Shown here: positions 1 to 15,190 of the stretch, piece by piece
Position numbering within the stretch: position 1 is the stretch's first letter
How the letters are laid out: the number at the start of each line of letters is the position of its first letter
Assembly: GCA_951406725.2 (NCBI GenBank)
Contig: OX597829.1
Location: 10,850,001 to 10,914,000, forward strand
DNA from: Octopus vulgaris
Lineage: Eukaryota
DNA: 64,000 nucleotides
Direction of reading: 5' to 3'
Translations under genes and position numbers: made by a program
The notes under the pieces: model-generated
The model's input: only the letters and a program-made list of their open reading frames with translations
Told to the model about the DNA's origin: nothing
Databases searched by the model: none

Positions 1-310
1 TGTAGGAAAGATTATTATTATCTTCTTTCAATTTTGTTTTCATTTCTTGCCGAGCGTCTACCCAACACCTAGGGCAAAAAGCTCACTGTATACATTGGGA
101 AGGGGAGGGGGCATTAAAATAAAGACACCAGATTGTTCATTTACAAAGTCATGTAATAGAAAGAAATAAGAGGAAGAAAGACAGAGAGTAAAAGGAAAGA
201 AGGAAAGAAAGAAAACGAAGAAAATAAAGCGGAAAAAGAAAAGAAAATTCACAGTGGCAATGCTCTTCTCGATATGTTGTTTTTATTGTTGTTGTTGTTG
301 TTGTTGTTGT

Positions 311-820
311 TGACACTGGGGTAAAATATACGAAGCCCAGTATACCCATCATGACTACCCGTCTGTTAAGGGTACACCAGGCACATGCATCACAACCATA
401 TGTGCGCGACATGATGATTTCATATCAAGATAAACAGCACATGACCTTGCAGTTGGGGCCCAGTTAGAATTTTCTTCAGGTTGAGTAGCCCATCCCGTTC
501 AAAATGTCCCTGAATAAGGGTTGTTTAAGGATGTTGAACGAAACACCCATGTTCCCAAAGGTGTATTATTCGAAGCCCAAAGAATTCCTCTCCACAAATG
601 GCTATGATACTCCCCCACTACTTCTGCTCGTGATCACAGATGCACATATCGTCAGCCACTAAGGGACATGCTCAACTGGTTAAAGTCAAACAACTGAGTT
701 ATTGAGCAAGATATTTGCTGTAGCTCACCTTTTATACCAAGACGAAACAATGAACATGATAACACTTCCAATCAGTTAAGACCAGAAGACGTAAAAGCCA
801 CTGCCTGGAACTGCCAGGAC
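311..820 (-). repeat. ~0.5 kb non-coding interspersed repeat embedded in triplet microsatellites (copy 1)
   Basis: Aligns by eye with 21342-21805 and 20966-21140; flanked by (TTG)n. Strand inferred from the (AAT)n tail of the 21311 copy. Confidence 0.75.
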
Positions 821-837
821 ATTGTTGTTGTTGTTAT

Positions 838-1063
838 ATGAAAACTCACAGCTTATCCTGCTGGATATGATGGAAAGCGTCAGCTGTCTACAGCCAGCAG
901 GCTAAGGCGATACATGTTTACCAATCATGTTTCAAGAATCCCGCGGAGAACTCTTGAAGTACCAAGCAATGCTGATTTTTGTAGGTGTTCAATCTTTACA
1001 TTTATACCAATCATTTGGGGTAACTTCCAATTGCGGCTAGCTGAGTGCTGATACTTCTAAGTA
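838..1063 (-). mobile_element. 3' end of an R4/Dong-like (RLE) non-LTR retrotransposon
   Basis: Minus-strand translation near 929-1014 gives MIGINVKIEHLQKSALLGTSRVLRGILET, the typical RLE C-terminus; followed by a 3' UTR and (CAA)n tail. Confidence 0.8.
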
Positions 1064-1416
<353 letters not shown>

Positions 1417-2362
1417 TTTATTCTTGGGAGGTATGGTCGGTGGTCCATTTTGGGTTCTGTGGTTTTCAGTTCTTTGATAATTTTATTTTTTATATTATCA
1501 TAATCATTAGGCTCCCCTTCGTTGTTTACATCGTGTTTGTTGGGAATGTTGCGTTTGTCTTCGTGTTTTACAGTTTCAGTGTTTATATTATTGGGCATTG
1601 TTGTGTGGCTTCTATCTACATTTTCCTGGTGTATTTTTTCTTTTAAATGTTCTATTTCTATTTCTGATATTTTTTTGGCTTTGAGAATGTATCTTCGTAC
1701 GTTAGCTAATTTATTAGGGTTCATTGCTGTATCCAAGTCTATATCTCTATTATTTTCCTTCCATATTTTATATCTATGTGTTGTTGTATTTTCATTTTGT
1801 GGGTAGAGCATTGCTGTGAAGTATGCGTGTAAGATAGAAATGTATTCCTCACGTGTCCATTTACGTCTTTTGGGTTTTAATTGCGGGACATGAGGTACAA
1901 CGTCCGGCCCATTATTTTGACGGTCGTCATTTTCGTAGGGTACCGGTCCGTTTATTTCTGTTGTCACATTATTTCGCACGTGTAGTTTTTCGTATATTTT
2001 TTGTTGTAGGTTTAATGTACGTACCGCTCGATTGTTATTCTTGGGTTGAATAGTATCGGTGGCATTTAATTTCTTCGTAGTTCCTTTGTACATGGTGTTT
2101 GAGGTCGGGGATGATCGTGTTGTTCCACGCATGTTTACATGTGTTGTGTTAGAGGTGGAGATAATATCGAGTCAAAATACATCATTTCGTTTCGAAAATA
2201 GTAATAAATTTCAATTCGTATTACTTACTCGGATATAGTCCAATTCTTTGTTAGTAAATCTTTGGCTCCATAGGGTGTCCTTGTTTTCGATGTTTGTGGA
2301 TAGATTTCGGAGCTCTGTATTTTCCGTCTTACATCTTAAACGTCCCCGGTGTCTCTCTGTAT
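1417..2362 (-). mobile_element. 5' region and N-terminal ORF of an R4/Dong-like element
   Basis: ORF 1011..2132 contains KRRKWTREEYISILHAYF...YKIWKE...NKLANVRRYILKAKKISEIEIEHLK, resembling the Dong/R4 N-terminal domain; RT is absent. Confidence 0.7.
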
Positions 2363-2364
2363 AA

Positions 2365-2590
<226 letters not shown>

Positions 2591-3035
2591 ATTATTACTG
2601 TTGTTTTACTTCTTTCAATTTTGTTTCTATTTCTTACCGAGTGTCTTCCCGACACCAAGGGCAAAGAAGCTCACTCTACACATTGGTAGGCCATTAAAAT
2701 AAACACATCAGATTGTTTGTTTACAAAGTCAAGTTATGTGATAGAAAAAAAAGAAAAGAAAGAAAAAAGAAAAATGAAACAAGAAAACAAAAAAATTCTG
2801 TAAAGTCTCAAAGAATCATTACGTTTTCTGACTCAGTTACAGCCTCAGGGTGATGATTATACCGTTTGTCAGCAGTTTTGATTTTAAATGCCGACATATT
2901 AACCAGTGTAGATATTGGCCAACTCTGTCATGTCTTTTTTTTGCCTTTCGTCCTTTCAGGAACGACAAAATAAGTCCCTGTTCCGCACTGGGGTTGATAC
3001 AATCATATCGTCAGCCACTATTACTATTATTATTA

Positions 3036-3497
3036 AAGTGGCAAGCTGGTAGAATCTTTAGCGCGCTGGACGAAACGCTTAGTGATATTTTGCCCGTCGC
3101 TACGTTCTCAGTTCAAATTCCGCCGAGGTTGACTTTGCCTTTCATCTTTTCGAGGTCGATAAAATAAGTACCAGTTGAACCCTGGGATCGATGTAATCGA
3201 CTCATCCCCACCTCCCCCAAACTGCGCTTGTAATATAAATTTCAAATAATAATTATTAGTAGTAGGAGTATTATTGAGGCGGCGAGCTGGCAGAATCGTT
3301 AGCACTCCGGGCAAAATACTTAGAGGCATTTCGTCTATCTTTACGTCCTGAGTTCAAATTCCGCCGAGGTCGTCTGTGCATTTCATTCATTCGGGGTCGA
3401 TAAATTAGGTACCAGTCAAGTAGAGGGGTCGATGTAATTGACTATCCCCCTCCCCAAAATATCAGCCCTTGTGCCTATAGCAGAAAGGATCATTATT
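3036..3497 (+). mobile_element. Two tandem tRNA-derived SINEs (family A)
   Basis: A-box-like TGGCAGAATCGTT, B-box GTTCAAATTCC, shared body GTCGACTTTGCCTTTCATCCTTTCGGGGTCGAT, (TAT)n tail. Confidence 0.85.
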
Positions 3498-4669
3498 ATT
3501 TTTATTATTGTTCTCCTCCTCTTTTCAAATACTGTTGTTGTTGTTGTTTGTTGCTAGTGAATCCTGATCGAACTGATCTTTGACCAAATTCTTCTAGTCA
3601 TTACCATCGCGTTATATTAGCATATATTATCCAATATCTCTTTTTCATGTTTAATATAGTTGAGATACACAACTGTGTTTTACATTTATCATCTATTTTC
3701 TTATTTGTTTGTGGCTAATTCGGAACTCAAATCCATCATCAACATTTCTATCTTTTATAAAATGTTCACTGTAATGTTTTTCTGAATAATAAGTATCTTA
3801 TTTTCCTGCAAGCATATTAATTCTGGATATATTCTTCTGAACTCATGAAATTTGGCGACTGATGCAAATATTACGTGATAAATTTCAGTCGCTTCCAGTT
3901 CAATAAACATATTGTTATCGCTAAAAATAGATAACAATATTTCTCTTAAATAGTTTTGTGACTTTTCGAATGTATACCTAGTGAAGATAAATATTATGAA
4001 CAATTATAATTTTCTGTAATCTATACATCGCCTCCTATTTACATCCCCATTGGATAAATAGATAAAAATCGATACTAAGATAAGTGTTAAGAGACGGAAC
4101 CAATACTGCGTGATCGAACGAATTGCTATTCAGCTTGCGCCAATAGCAAGTTCGTGTTCATAAGCAGCGTCAAAACAAGAGGAACAATTTAAGATTAAGA
4201 AAATATTGTGAAACCTTCATTGCTTACGCTTTAGCAGCATAAATCCAGCTAAACTAAAACGACATTTAGAGACATTTAAAGTGTCATACTGAAAAAGGTT
4301 TTTTTTTTTTACAAGTGTTTGGAACTAAATCAAACAAAAATATCGTCCTATATTCTGGTCCGGGTAAAAGATGTCAGAGTTTATAGATATCAATTATAGA
4401 TTTTACAACGAGTGACTGAATTAGTACTAAGAGAAGCAAGTCTGACAGAAAGCCTCAATTCAACCGACTTTTTCTTCGTTTCTGAAATTAATTCCACAAA
4501 ATTAAAAATACTTAACTTTCTTCAAATCACATTGGTTATCGATTAGCAATAGATGACACATAAACATTTGTAGAAAACTTTAAAAAATTTCGTACAATAT
4601 TTGGCGGATAAAATATATGTTATAATGGTTGATAAAATATGTTATAATATTCTTTCATTATTTTGGCAC

Positions 4670-4862
4670 AAGGCTAGAAACTTTTAGGATGGAGAAGTCG
4701 ATAACATCGACGCCAGTTCATGACAGGTACTAATTCCATCGACGCCGAAAAGACGAAAGGCAAAGCCAGCCTCAGCGGAATTTCAACTCAGAATATAAAA
4801 ACGAACAAAATACTGCTCTGCATTTTGTCCGCCGTGCTAACGATTTTAGTAGCTCACGGCCT
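4670..4862 (-). mobile_element. SINE family A, diverged
   Basis: Reverse complement of the family A head and body. Confidence 0.75.
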
Positions 4863-5281
4863 AAATCTATTATAATAATACTCTTGTGTTTTTCTCCGTC
4901 ACAACATATGAAAGAAAAAGGAAGGGATGATTGATGAATAAGGAAGGAAGGGATGATGGCAAACTGGAAGTCTGAGCATTTCTACACTGTGTGCATGTAA
5001 AAGGAAGGTATATGAATGTGTGTGTGTGTGCAATAGAAGTGGGATGGTGAACATTCAACACTGAAAAGAAAAAATCAAACAGCGTTTCAACTCTGTGTGA
5101 GTGTATGTGTGTATGTATGAGCGTGTACAAGGGAAGTATGTGAATGTTTGTATGTGAACCAGTGTTCTTTCAGTAACAAATGATGATTGATGTCACATCT
5201 CAAATGACAACCACTAGATAACATTGACAGGTGTATTAATTTGAATTACCATCCATGTTTATATATAAAATTCTACAATTA

Positions 5282-5313
5282 GCCGTCATTTTTGACGGCG
5301 CGAAGCCAGCTAG
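5282..5313 (+). mobile_element. Helitron-like 3' terminus
   Basis: GCCGTCA/TGACGGC hairpin followed about 10 nt later by CTAG then T. Confidence 0.5.
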
Positions 5314-6112
5314 TTATGTTATAATACTGATAATATAACACTTTCTGATGATACTGTTTCAAAGGGTATTCATAAAATGTCGAACTTTTAAACTGAGTTG
5401 AAAACGATAGGTTAAAATGAGCTCAACTAACTCTTTACAATTGGATGAGTCAACGGACGTTGCTGGTTTAGCACCTTTGCTTGTGTTTGTATGCTGCATT
5501 TATTGGATGTAAAGTGAAAGAAGACTTATTTGCTTAACTTTTAAAAAATCATGGTAATATTTAATTAAATAAACTTTCCCGTGGATATACGAAACTTCGT
5601 GAAATTTTAATTTTGTTTAAGTATTTACACCTGTAAAGAAGATTCTGTACTATGGTTCGAAATATCCACTGCGTTCTTCATTGTCAAGCATTCGCAATGA
5701 ATAATATGCCTCAGAATATAAATTAGCAGTAAAAAATACAAGTTGGTGAATCAAAACTGAATCATACACGAAACTTTTGTTTACGTGAAAAAATAGGAAG
5801 TCTGTATGTAATTTTATTACTATATACTGCTGTGTGATGGTTACCGTACGGTAATTGCTGGTGTGGCTTACCGAGTCGTGGATAAAAATTGGCTTGTTTC
5901 TATTTGAACATCCTTTTGAACATTAAAACCACACAAAAAGATTAGTTTTCAAAAAAGTTCACTTATTTGAATGAGAGAAATTTTGTGGGGTAACGGTGAA
6001 ACGTTTCAAATTTAGAATAAAATAAATGCACTTAAGAGTAAAATAAAATTTTTACCCACACCACCGAGATCGCTAATCGTGTGCCAAAAATTCGAAACCA
6101 ATGTTATTATTT

Positions 6113-6495
6113 AGGCGGAATCGTTAGCACGCCAGGCGAAATACTTAGCGTTATTTCGTCTGCTGCAATGTTCTGAGTTCAAATTCCGCCGAGGCCGACT
6201 TTGCTTTTCATCCTTTCAGGGTCGATAAGTTAAGTACCTATGAAATACTGGGGTCGGTGTAATCGACTGTTCCCTTCCTCACAAAATCCAGGCATTGTGC
6301 CTATAGTAGAAAAGATTATTGAGGCGGTGAACTGGCAGAATCGTTAGCACGCCGGACAAAATGTTTAGCGGCATTTTGCCTGTCTTCACGTTCTGAGTCC
6401 AAATAAGTGCTAGTTGAGCAGTCGAGTCGATGTTATCTACTATCACCCTCCTCTCAAATTTTCGGGCCTTGTGCTAAAATTTGAAGCCATTAATT
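6113..6495 (+). mobile_element. Two tandem SINE family A copies
   Basis: Same head and body as 3277-3497; the second copy is internally deleted. Confidence 0.85.
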
Positions 6496-6930
6496 TTTTT
6501 TTCTTCTTTTGTGACAAGCGGCGTATCAATTCTGATCCAACAAATCTATGATCGAAGGTATTCCAACCTTCACCACCTTCTCTTTCTTTTTTTTAAATCC
6601 TAAAACTGCAATATATAGTGTATCCTGAGATTTTGAAGACGTTCGATTGTAATTTGACTGTTTATTGCTGCTATTTCTAGCTGAACAAATGACGTGATTT
6701 CTGATGTTCATTCATTCCTTGTCCCCAATTTTTCTCAGCAGTAATGAGACATTTTCCAGGATAGAAAATGGTTTTTGTTCTCGTTCTTTTAGAACACACA
6801 CGCACACACATAAACACTACACACACATACACACTCACATAAATGTGAGCACTGAGACAGACATACAGGCACACGGGTATACACACACACATATACACAT
6901 AAATATAAATACATACCAATGCACATATAG

Positions 6931-6966
<36 letters not shown>

Positions 6967-6990
6967 TGTGTGAATATACATATATGTATA

Positions 6991-7395
6991 TCTCTTTTAC
7001 TCTTTTACTTGTTTCAGTCATTTGACTGCGGCCATGCTGGAGCACCGCATTTAGTCGACCAATCGACCCCGGGACTTATTCTTTGTAAGCCCAGTACTTA
7101 TTCTATCGGTCTCTTTTGCGGAACCGCTAAGTGACGGGGACGTAAACACAGCAGCATCGGTTGTCAAGCAATGCTAGGGGGACAAACACAGACACAGAAA
7201 CACACACATACATATATATATATATATACATATATACGACAGGCTTCTTTCAGTTTCCGTCTACCAAATCCACTCACAAGGCATTGGTCGGGGCTATAGC
7301 AGAAGACACTTGCCCAAGATGGCACGCAGTGGGACTGAACCCGGAACCATGTGGTTGGTTAGCAAGCTACTTACCACACAGCCACTCCTGCGCCT
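6991..7395 (-). mobile_element. tRNA-derived SINE family B (CORE-like) with a CR1-type tail
   Basis: Minus head GGCGCAGGAGTGGCTGTGTGGTAAG...GGTTCAGTCCCA, then CTTGGGCAAGT; close copy at 35990-36385. Confidence 0.85.
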
Positions 7396-7400
7396 ATATA

Positions 7401-7479
<79 letters not shown>

Positions 7480-7497
7480 TTTATCGCAATTTGACTT

Positions 7498-7594
<97 letters not shown>

Positions 7595-7680
7595 GATATT
7601 ATTGTTTATGATAATATCAGTGGCTTAGTTAATATGCGTAAAAAAAAACCATAACAACAACAAATTATCAATTCATAATT

Positions 7681-7871
7681 AAGGATACTTACAGGCAGTA
7701 CCAGCACGTAAACATACCAGTCACAGTGACCGAACCACAAATTTTCACTTGAACACAAAGGTGAGCAAATAAATACAAATTCTAAAACCCCGTACCAACC
7801 ATGAAAATAACCAAAAATTGAAAAAATCGAACATACCCGTATGTCTGGGGTTTTTTTGTTCTCATTCTTTT

Positions 7872-7920
<49 letters not shown>

Positions 7921-8132
7921 GCGCATAAATGTGCACACAGACACACAAGCACACGCGTATGACATACGGGTATGTCTGAATCTTTCTATTTTCGATTATT
8001 TTCGTCATTGGTACGGGGTTTTAGGATTTTTATTCATTTGCCCGCTTTCACTTTTTTGCTTAAGTAAAAATATGTGGTTTGGTCATTTTGACTGCTATAT
8101 TTAGCATGCCGGTACTGCTTGATAGTACCCTT
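7681..8132. repeat. Diverged inverted repeat (~165 bp arms) around a (CA)n spacer
   Basis: 7681-7845 is the reverse complement of about 7961-8132 (for example ACATACCCGTATGTC/GACATACGGGTATGT). Confidence 0.75.
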
Positions 8133-9108
8133 ATTTATTCATTAATTTATATGTATCATATATATTGTTTATTTAAAGGTCACAATACATGCATTTAAGC
8201 GTTACTAATAGTTTCATATGTTGAGAATATTCAAACATACTCTTCAGGCGCAGACGACATCATGCATACACACTCACACACACATTCACACATACTCTTC
8301 AGGCGCACGCACGCACACATACGCATGCAAGCGCGCACACACACACGCACATATGACAGAATAGAAAATACAAAAAGACAGGAATAAAACAAACAGAATA
8401 TAAAAAAACTGAGATTAAAAAAAACCTGCAGAAATGAAAAAAAGGAGGAAGTACAGATTGTGAAATGTGTTCCATTCCAATCATAACGTTCACCATTTCC
8501 CTGGAGTATTTGTCTATAGTCCCCACATGTGGACCATTCCTGATTCAAAGTTAAAGGACTTTCTTGTCCATTGACTAGAATATCAGCTCACACAGATTTA
8601 TATTTTCCATGTGTTTTTACCTCCCCGCATTCAAGACCACCTCTTACTTCACCCCCCCCCCCCCCCAGCTTCTCTGTTTTTCGCTTTCGTTGCCGATCCT
8701 TTCCTCTTTATGCTTCTATCAATCTATCTGTCATTTTTGTTCCGCTTATCCTGTAGCATTAGCATTTCTCTCTCTCTCTCTCTCTCTCTTTGCTTCTTTT
8801 CGTTAATGTGCGTTAAGTTTCTACGTTTGACGCTTGCGTGTATGTGTGCGTATATTCAAAAATGTGTGTGTGCATGTGTGCATGCGCGCGCGCGCGTGTG
8901 TGTAAGAGTTCGTATTTTGTATTGCTTTCCTGCATTCAAGAAATAGATATGAGGAGAGATGAAAACAACGAGTTATTCATTTATTCATTATGTGTATGTG
9001 TGTGCCTGTGTGTAGTGTTATGTGTGTTTGTGTGTGTATTAATATGAGTGTTTCTATGAGTCTGTGTCTGTGTATGACTCTATACATGTAGACATACATA
9101 TCCATACA

Positions 9109-9142
<34 letters not shown>

Positions 9143-9351
9143 CATACATACATATATATATCATACATATATATATCATACAAAACATATATAGATGGAT
9201 AGATTGATATGTATGTATGTATATATATATATATATATACCATATGTATATAAGTATGCATGTATATCTATGTATGTATATATGTATGTATTTATGTTTG
9301 TATGTGTATATATATATATACCATATGTAATATTAAATATAAGTATGCATG

Positions 9352-9408
<57 letters not shown>

Positions 9409-9660
9409 TATGTATGTATGTATGTATGTATAGTCATAACAAAATGAATATTTAGTGTGAATTTTGCTAGTTAAAAGTGAGTGGAGGGGATGAGGAGGTT
9501 TGTGATTTCAACATAAAAAAGAATAACAATTTTAAGGACATATTTTAGTTCCATAAAGACTAAGTCTTTTGAATGATATTTAAGATTACATATGGGAATA
9601 AGTACACATACACACATATTTACACACGTACATTCCTGTATATTATGTATGTATTGGTAG

Positions 9661-9691
<31 letters not shown>

Positions 9692-9961
9692 ATAAAAAGG
9701 GAGAGAAAATAAAAGAGACAGAAAGAATAAAAGAGAGAGAGAGAGAATAAAAAGAGAGAGAAAGAGAGACAGAGAGACAGACCGACCGACAGACCGACCC
9801 AGAAGCTGAGAGGGAGATAGAGATATTCTAACGAAAAATGCCGTATATGCACTCTCATTTATAAGTGTTTATATGTTCATGTGTGTAAATATAGGTGTAA
9901 ACACACATATGCACCCCCCACACACACACATGTATATAAAGTGCACAAACATATATGTAGA

Positions 9962-10022
<61 letters not shown>

Positions 10023-10023
<1 letters not shown>

Positions 10024-11131
10024 TAGCAGTACCACCCGGTGGTGCTTGGGTTTGTGCGACCCTTTAGAATTGGAATTTTTGAAAAGTAAAAATTTTGCAT
10101 TATGCAACTTTTTATTCTCTTCAAGTGAACATTTTTCCAGTTGAAATACACCGAAAAATGGCGACACAGCAGTCAAAAATCGTAAAACATAGGGATTTTC
10201 ATAGAAAAAAAGCACTTTTTTTATGTAAATAATTTTTGGTATTAACATGGTCCGATTTGAATTTTATCTCTTACAGAATGAAGAGCAAGCCTTTTTTTAT
10301 CATACTATCAATTTTGGTCAACTTGCGCTGCATGGTCTCGAAGGAGATAGTGTTAGTTGAAGGCTACCAAACCTGCTACACACAGACAACTTCAGCTTTA
10401 TATATATAGATTTGCTACACACTACTTTCCATCCTTAATAATGAAACTTGGTAGATCCAAAAGTTAAACACAGACACACACACAGATACACACACAGACA
10501 CACAAGTCGAGTTTTATATATATATAGATTTCTCAACGGGGATTTCAGGGGAGAGTTTCAAGGAGTCGCTGGCGATGTATCGTGATGATCAAAAATCCGG
10601 CCTGCAAAAATTTGGTTAAATTGATTCAAACTGCAGACTCAACGCAAAATGGTCACATTTAATTCAAAGTGTTAAAAATGTTATGAAAACAATTGGTATG
10701 TGTTCACAAAGTCCAAACGATTAATACGAAAAAACCCTCCAGGCTACGTCCCGAAAATTCATTTCTTTGCCGAATTTCTACAATGTTTACGGCGATTCGT
10801 TTTTATATCTTGATTTTTTATTTTTCATGCAATTTACGCATGCTAGCACGCGTGATGAACAAAGTTCACGTCAAACAGCTGACTGAGTAAAGTTCACTAT
10901 TCAATGCATGGGATAAGGCTTAAACAAGCACATTATTGATTTTTGCACTTCCGAGATGAATTTCGGAACAGAAATAGCGCAGTTCAATTTTCATTTGCCT
11001 AAACTTTAAGTGACCCATTTTTGGTGGTTCTACGATTTGTTGGCTAGGAGGAGATGTGGCGGGAAGTTAAACACACAGACACACACACAAATACACACAC
11101 AGACACACAAGTTGAGTTTTATATATATAGA
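10023..11131 (-). mobile_element. Non-autonomous Helitron(s): one 3' end and three 5' ends
   Basis: Minus 3' end CCCAAGCACCACCGGGTGGTACTG-CTAG|T at 10023; A|TCTATATATATAAA starts at 10410, 10528 and 11131. Confidence 0.7.
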
Positions 11132-11167
<36 letters not shown>

Positions 11168-11383
11168 TGTATGTATGTATGTATGTATGTATGTATGCTT
11201 AGCAGATACCCTCCTGAAACATCGGGGTTATGCTGTTAAATATTAATACATTTAATTAAACATACATTCAGTTTTTAAGATACACCCCCCACACACACAC
11301 GCAAACACAAGCAAACACATACATTCATACTATGTATGTGTGTGATATACATATACATATCTGTATATATATGCGTGTGTGTT

Positions 11384-11527
<144 letters not shown>

Positions 11528-12240
11528 GCGGTTTTCATTTCTGCAAAAGAATTTAAATGTATAATTAAGTGTCTATATATATATGTATAAATGTATAAAT
11601 GTATGTATATATGTATGCATATATATGCATATACATACATAACACACACACACATACACATATATATATATGTATATACATACACACACACACACACACA
11701 TATATATATGTACAGGCATAAGTCAAAATAAAGTGACGAGGGGAACGCATGATATGGATGGAATGACCGCATTATTATGTAAGCTTAAACGGTGTCTTAC
11801 TGATACTGTTTAAAACATCCAAAGTATTCTAATGAGTAACTTATACATTCCTAAAATTCAAGCAAACCCAGGAGTGATATATGTAGATGATAGAAACACG
11901 TGTATCTCATAGTCACATGCTAGCATGTTTGAAAATTGAGGTATTTTTCACTAAATATAGCCAATGAATAATTTCAAATTAATTACAACTAAAACACTCA
12001 CACTCATATTTATACATATATATATATATGAAGACACGCCCACACATATATTATCTATACACACACATTACACATTGACCTACTCTGGGACTTGCAGTAA
12101 GATGATATCTATACGTATAATGAACTAGAGTCACACAGTGACTCAAGGGTTAAGAGTTTCGCACTTTAATCACTCTGTAACTTCTGCCGATTATAAATTT
12201 AAAAAAAAACATTTATTCATGTTTTGAGTCCTATTATTTC

Positions 12241-12284
<44 letters not shown>

Positions 12285-12644
12285 TTGTGTTTCTTTCTGT
12301 TTCTCCATGCTAGCTAGAACAAGGAAGACGTGTCCTAGTTTGTCTCCTGTTCGAGTTTGATTTACATGTTCCTGTTTCTTTTCACTGTCCTGTTTCTGTT
12401 ACCAATTTTGACCCTCCACAAAATCCCAAATTTTATTCAACTTGCTTTGCGGGAGCAACTGTTTTGTCGAAAGGATATATTGTTGTTAAATGCTCAAAAT
12501 ACGAGAGTAGAAAGAACAGCCAACAACTGATGAAGGGTCGTTCTTTATGTTGTTTGTTTCGTTTTCCGTTTGGGTTTTTCGTTGTTCGAAAGAATGGTTC
12601 ATGTTGCATGTACTCGTGCTTCGTATTTTTTTGCTGCCCACATA

Positions 12645-12676
<32 letters not shown>

Positions 12677-12727
12677 CGTATAGCTATAACTATGTACATA
12701 TACGTATGTATATATACATATATACTA

Positions 12728-12800
<73 letters not shown>

Positions 12801-13797
12801 AGAGAGAGAGAGAGAGAGAGTACAAAATACGGCGAGAATCTGACAATTATGTATATATTCATTCTTATCACATTCTTAGACGTAAATATAAGTTGTTTTT
12901 CTGCTTTTGAATTCCGTCTACAATGAACATCTCTCTTTAGACGGTGTGTATAGACAGCATACTCTTTTTAATAATGTCAGCATACTCTCAGACACCGTTG
13001 TTTCATCATGGTGCTTTCTCTTCAGCTGAGAGGCGACACCCGGAAATCTAAGTCAAACGAAATTGTGTGTTCTGTTCTGTAGAATTCAGGAAACAAAGCT
13101 TCAACTGCCAAGGTTATAATATATTACTATGGGTAGCAAACGAAAGAAACGTGCATATTAGCTCTTTGTTTCGTTTCGGCATACTTCAACATAAATATGA
13201 GTTTTCGCTGACGTCATTTAAAACGCTTTCCACAAACGTCGTCGTAAAGAAGTTGTTTTCCGAAGGTGGAATCCAAACGCGAAAAGCCATATTCACGTCC
13301 AACGTTGTTGCAGTGTGTTAAAGACGATTATGACAACCATACCTATACTTTAAATGTGTGTGTGTTTGTGTATATGTGTCTATGTATGCGTGCTTGTGCG
13401 CGCCGGCGTGTGTGTGTGTATGCGTATACAAATGTGTCTGCATATGTATGCATGTATGTATGTATCTATGACAGAGAGAGGGAAAGAGAGAATATGTCAT
13501 CTCATAGGTGCTTTTACTCAAAACAAAACAGTGTTTGTGCATTTGTTAATGAGTTCCGTCCGTCAGACTTACGCCAGAATTAGCTTCTTTTTTTTAAGGT
13601 TTTTATTAGATTCGTAACTTCAATAGTTGAGATTATGGTAAACGACCGCGATAAGTTTTAAAAATGACGAAATAATTGTCCCATGAGAGGTGAATCTTGG
13701 CCACTAAAGAGTTACGTGACCGATTCAAAGTATATTTTCATTTCTAAGGTAAACATAAGATTATTAATTTTATTATTCATGATTTTATATAGTATGT

Positions 13798-13882
<85 letters not shown>

Positions 13883-13953
13883 TATATATATGTATGTATT
13901 TATATGCATATATATGTATGTACATAAATAAATATTAATATTAGCAAGGAAAA

Positions 13954-14135
13954 AGGCGATGAGCTGGCAGTTTCGTTAGCACGCTGAACAAAATGCTAAC
14001 CTGCATTTCGTCCGTTTTTATGTTCTGCGTTTGACTTTGCCTTTCCTCCTTTCGAGCTCAATAAATTTTGTACCAGTAATCGACAGTTCCTCCCCTCAAA
14101 CTACCAGGGTCTTTTCCTATCGCAGAAAGGAATAT
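13954..14135 (+). mobile_element. SINE family A, diverged
   Basis: GGCGATGAGCTGGCAG head and TTGACTTTGCCTTT body. Confidence 0.7.
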
Positions 14136-15127
14136 TAACAAGGAAAATGGAATTTTATTGCATAGTGCTACAATTGTTTCATCGAAGATTTTTGCCACGA
14201 TATTTTTATACAATGTACGAAATGATACATCGTATAACCAATACTGGGGAAAATCGACTCATCAGGTTCAAGTATAAATTGCTTTGTTGAATGGACCTTT
14301 AGTTCACAGAATATATATAGTCTTCGTTAAAGATGTTCCCATTAGCATATCATGGTTAAAAAGAAAATTAAAAAAGACAATTACTTATACCGCAAATCCA
14401 AATTAATCGGTTGAGAACAAAAGAATGAAGTGAAAATAAATAAATGAATATATAAATAATTAAATAAACCTATACGATAATATATCTTTGTATCTCCAGA
14501 ATCATAAGTCAATTAATAACTAGTGTCTTCTCTAAAGTCATTAGGGTGACTGACTGCTCTACTGTGTATCTACTTTGTAATTTGACATTGTCATCCAGAG
14601 TTAATTATCAAAAGTTTTTTGCTACCAATTGATTTACTAGCGGGCCGCTATTCAAAATATGTGTTATGTTCACCCGCCATCCGCAAACATACAGACATAG
14701 ATGTTTTTTCTTGGAAGATTAAAGATATTTCTTTACTAAAATGTGCTTGCTTCCGAAGTAATAAATACATAAATCAAGCGATTTATCGAAATGATGTACA
14801 ATGTTCAGAGAATGAAAAACCAATTCTCATTCCATGATATGATATACAGACATATATTGTACACGTGTATGTGTGTGTGTGTGTGTGTGCGTGTGTGTGT
14901 GTATGTATGTATGTGTGCATATATATATATATATATAATATTATGGAGTAAAAATGTATAATAACTAAATTAAAACTATCAGATACTGATATAATAATAC
15001 AACATTTATACAGACACTCACACATGTACCCATACGTTCACATACACCCTTACAAAAATCCTAAGGTAAAGACATACATGCCATCATACAGATAGGTGGA
15101 ATCATAGAGATATTCATTTATACACAC

Positions 15128-15188
<61 letters not shown>

Positions 15189-15190
<2 letters not shown>

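Larger units (their letters stand above)
4090..6060 (+). pseudogene. Degraded hAT (Buster/Charlie-type) transposase, interrupted by later insertions
   Basis: Fragments translate as NPAKLKRHLE (~4243), LSDDTVSK (5341), LQLDESTDVAGLAPLLVFV (~5435), IHCVLHCQAFA (~5663) and LLYTAV*WL (~5817); many stops and frameshifts. Confidence 0.75.

Noticed and set aside
3277-3370. tRNA gene suggested by A and B boxes
   Set aside because: No cloverleaf; it is the head of a multi-copy SINE.
8440-8560. Possible host exon (minus strand QEWSTCGDYRQ...)
   Set aside because: No recognisable domain and no convincing splice pair.
12505-12560. CTGATGA motif suggesting a hammerhead
   Set aside because: No stem II closure or GAAA in register downstream.
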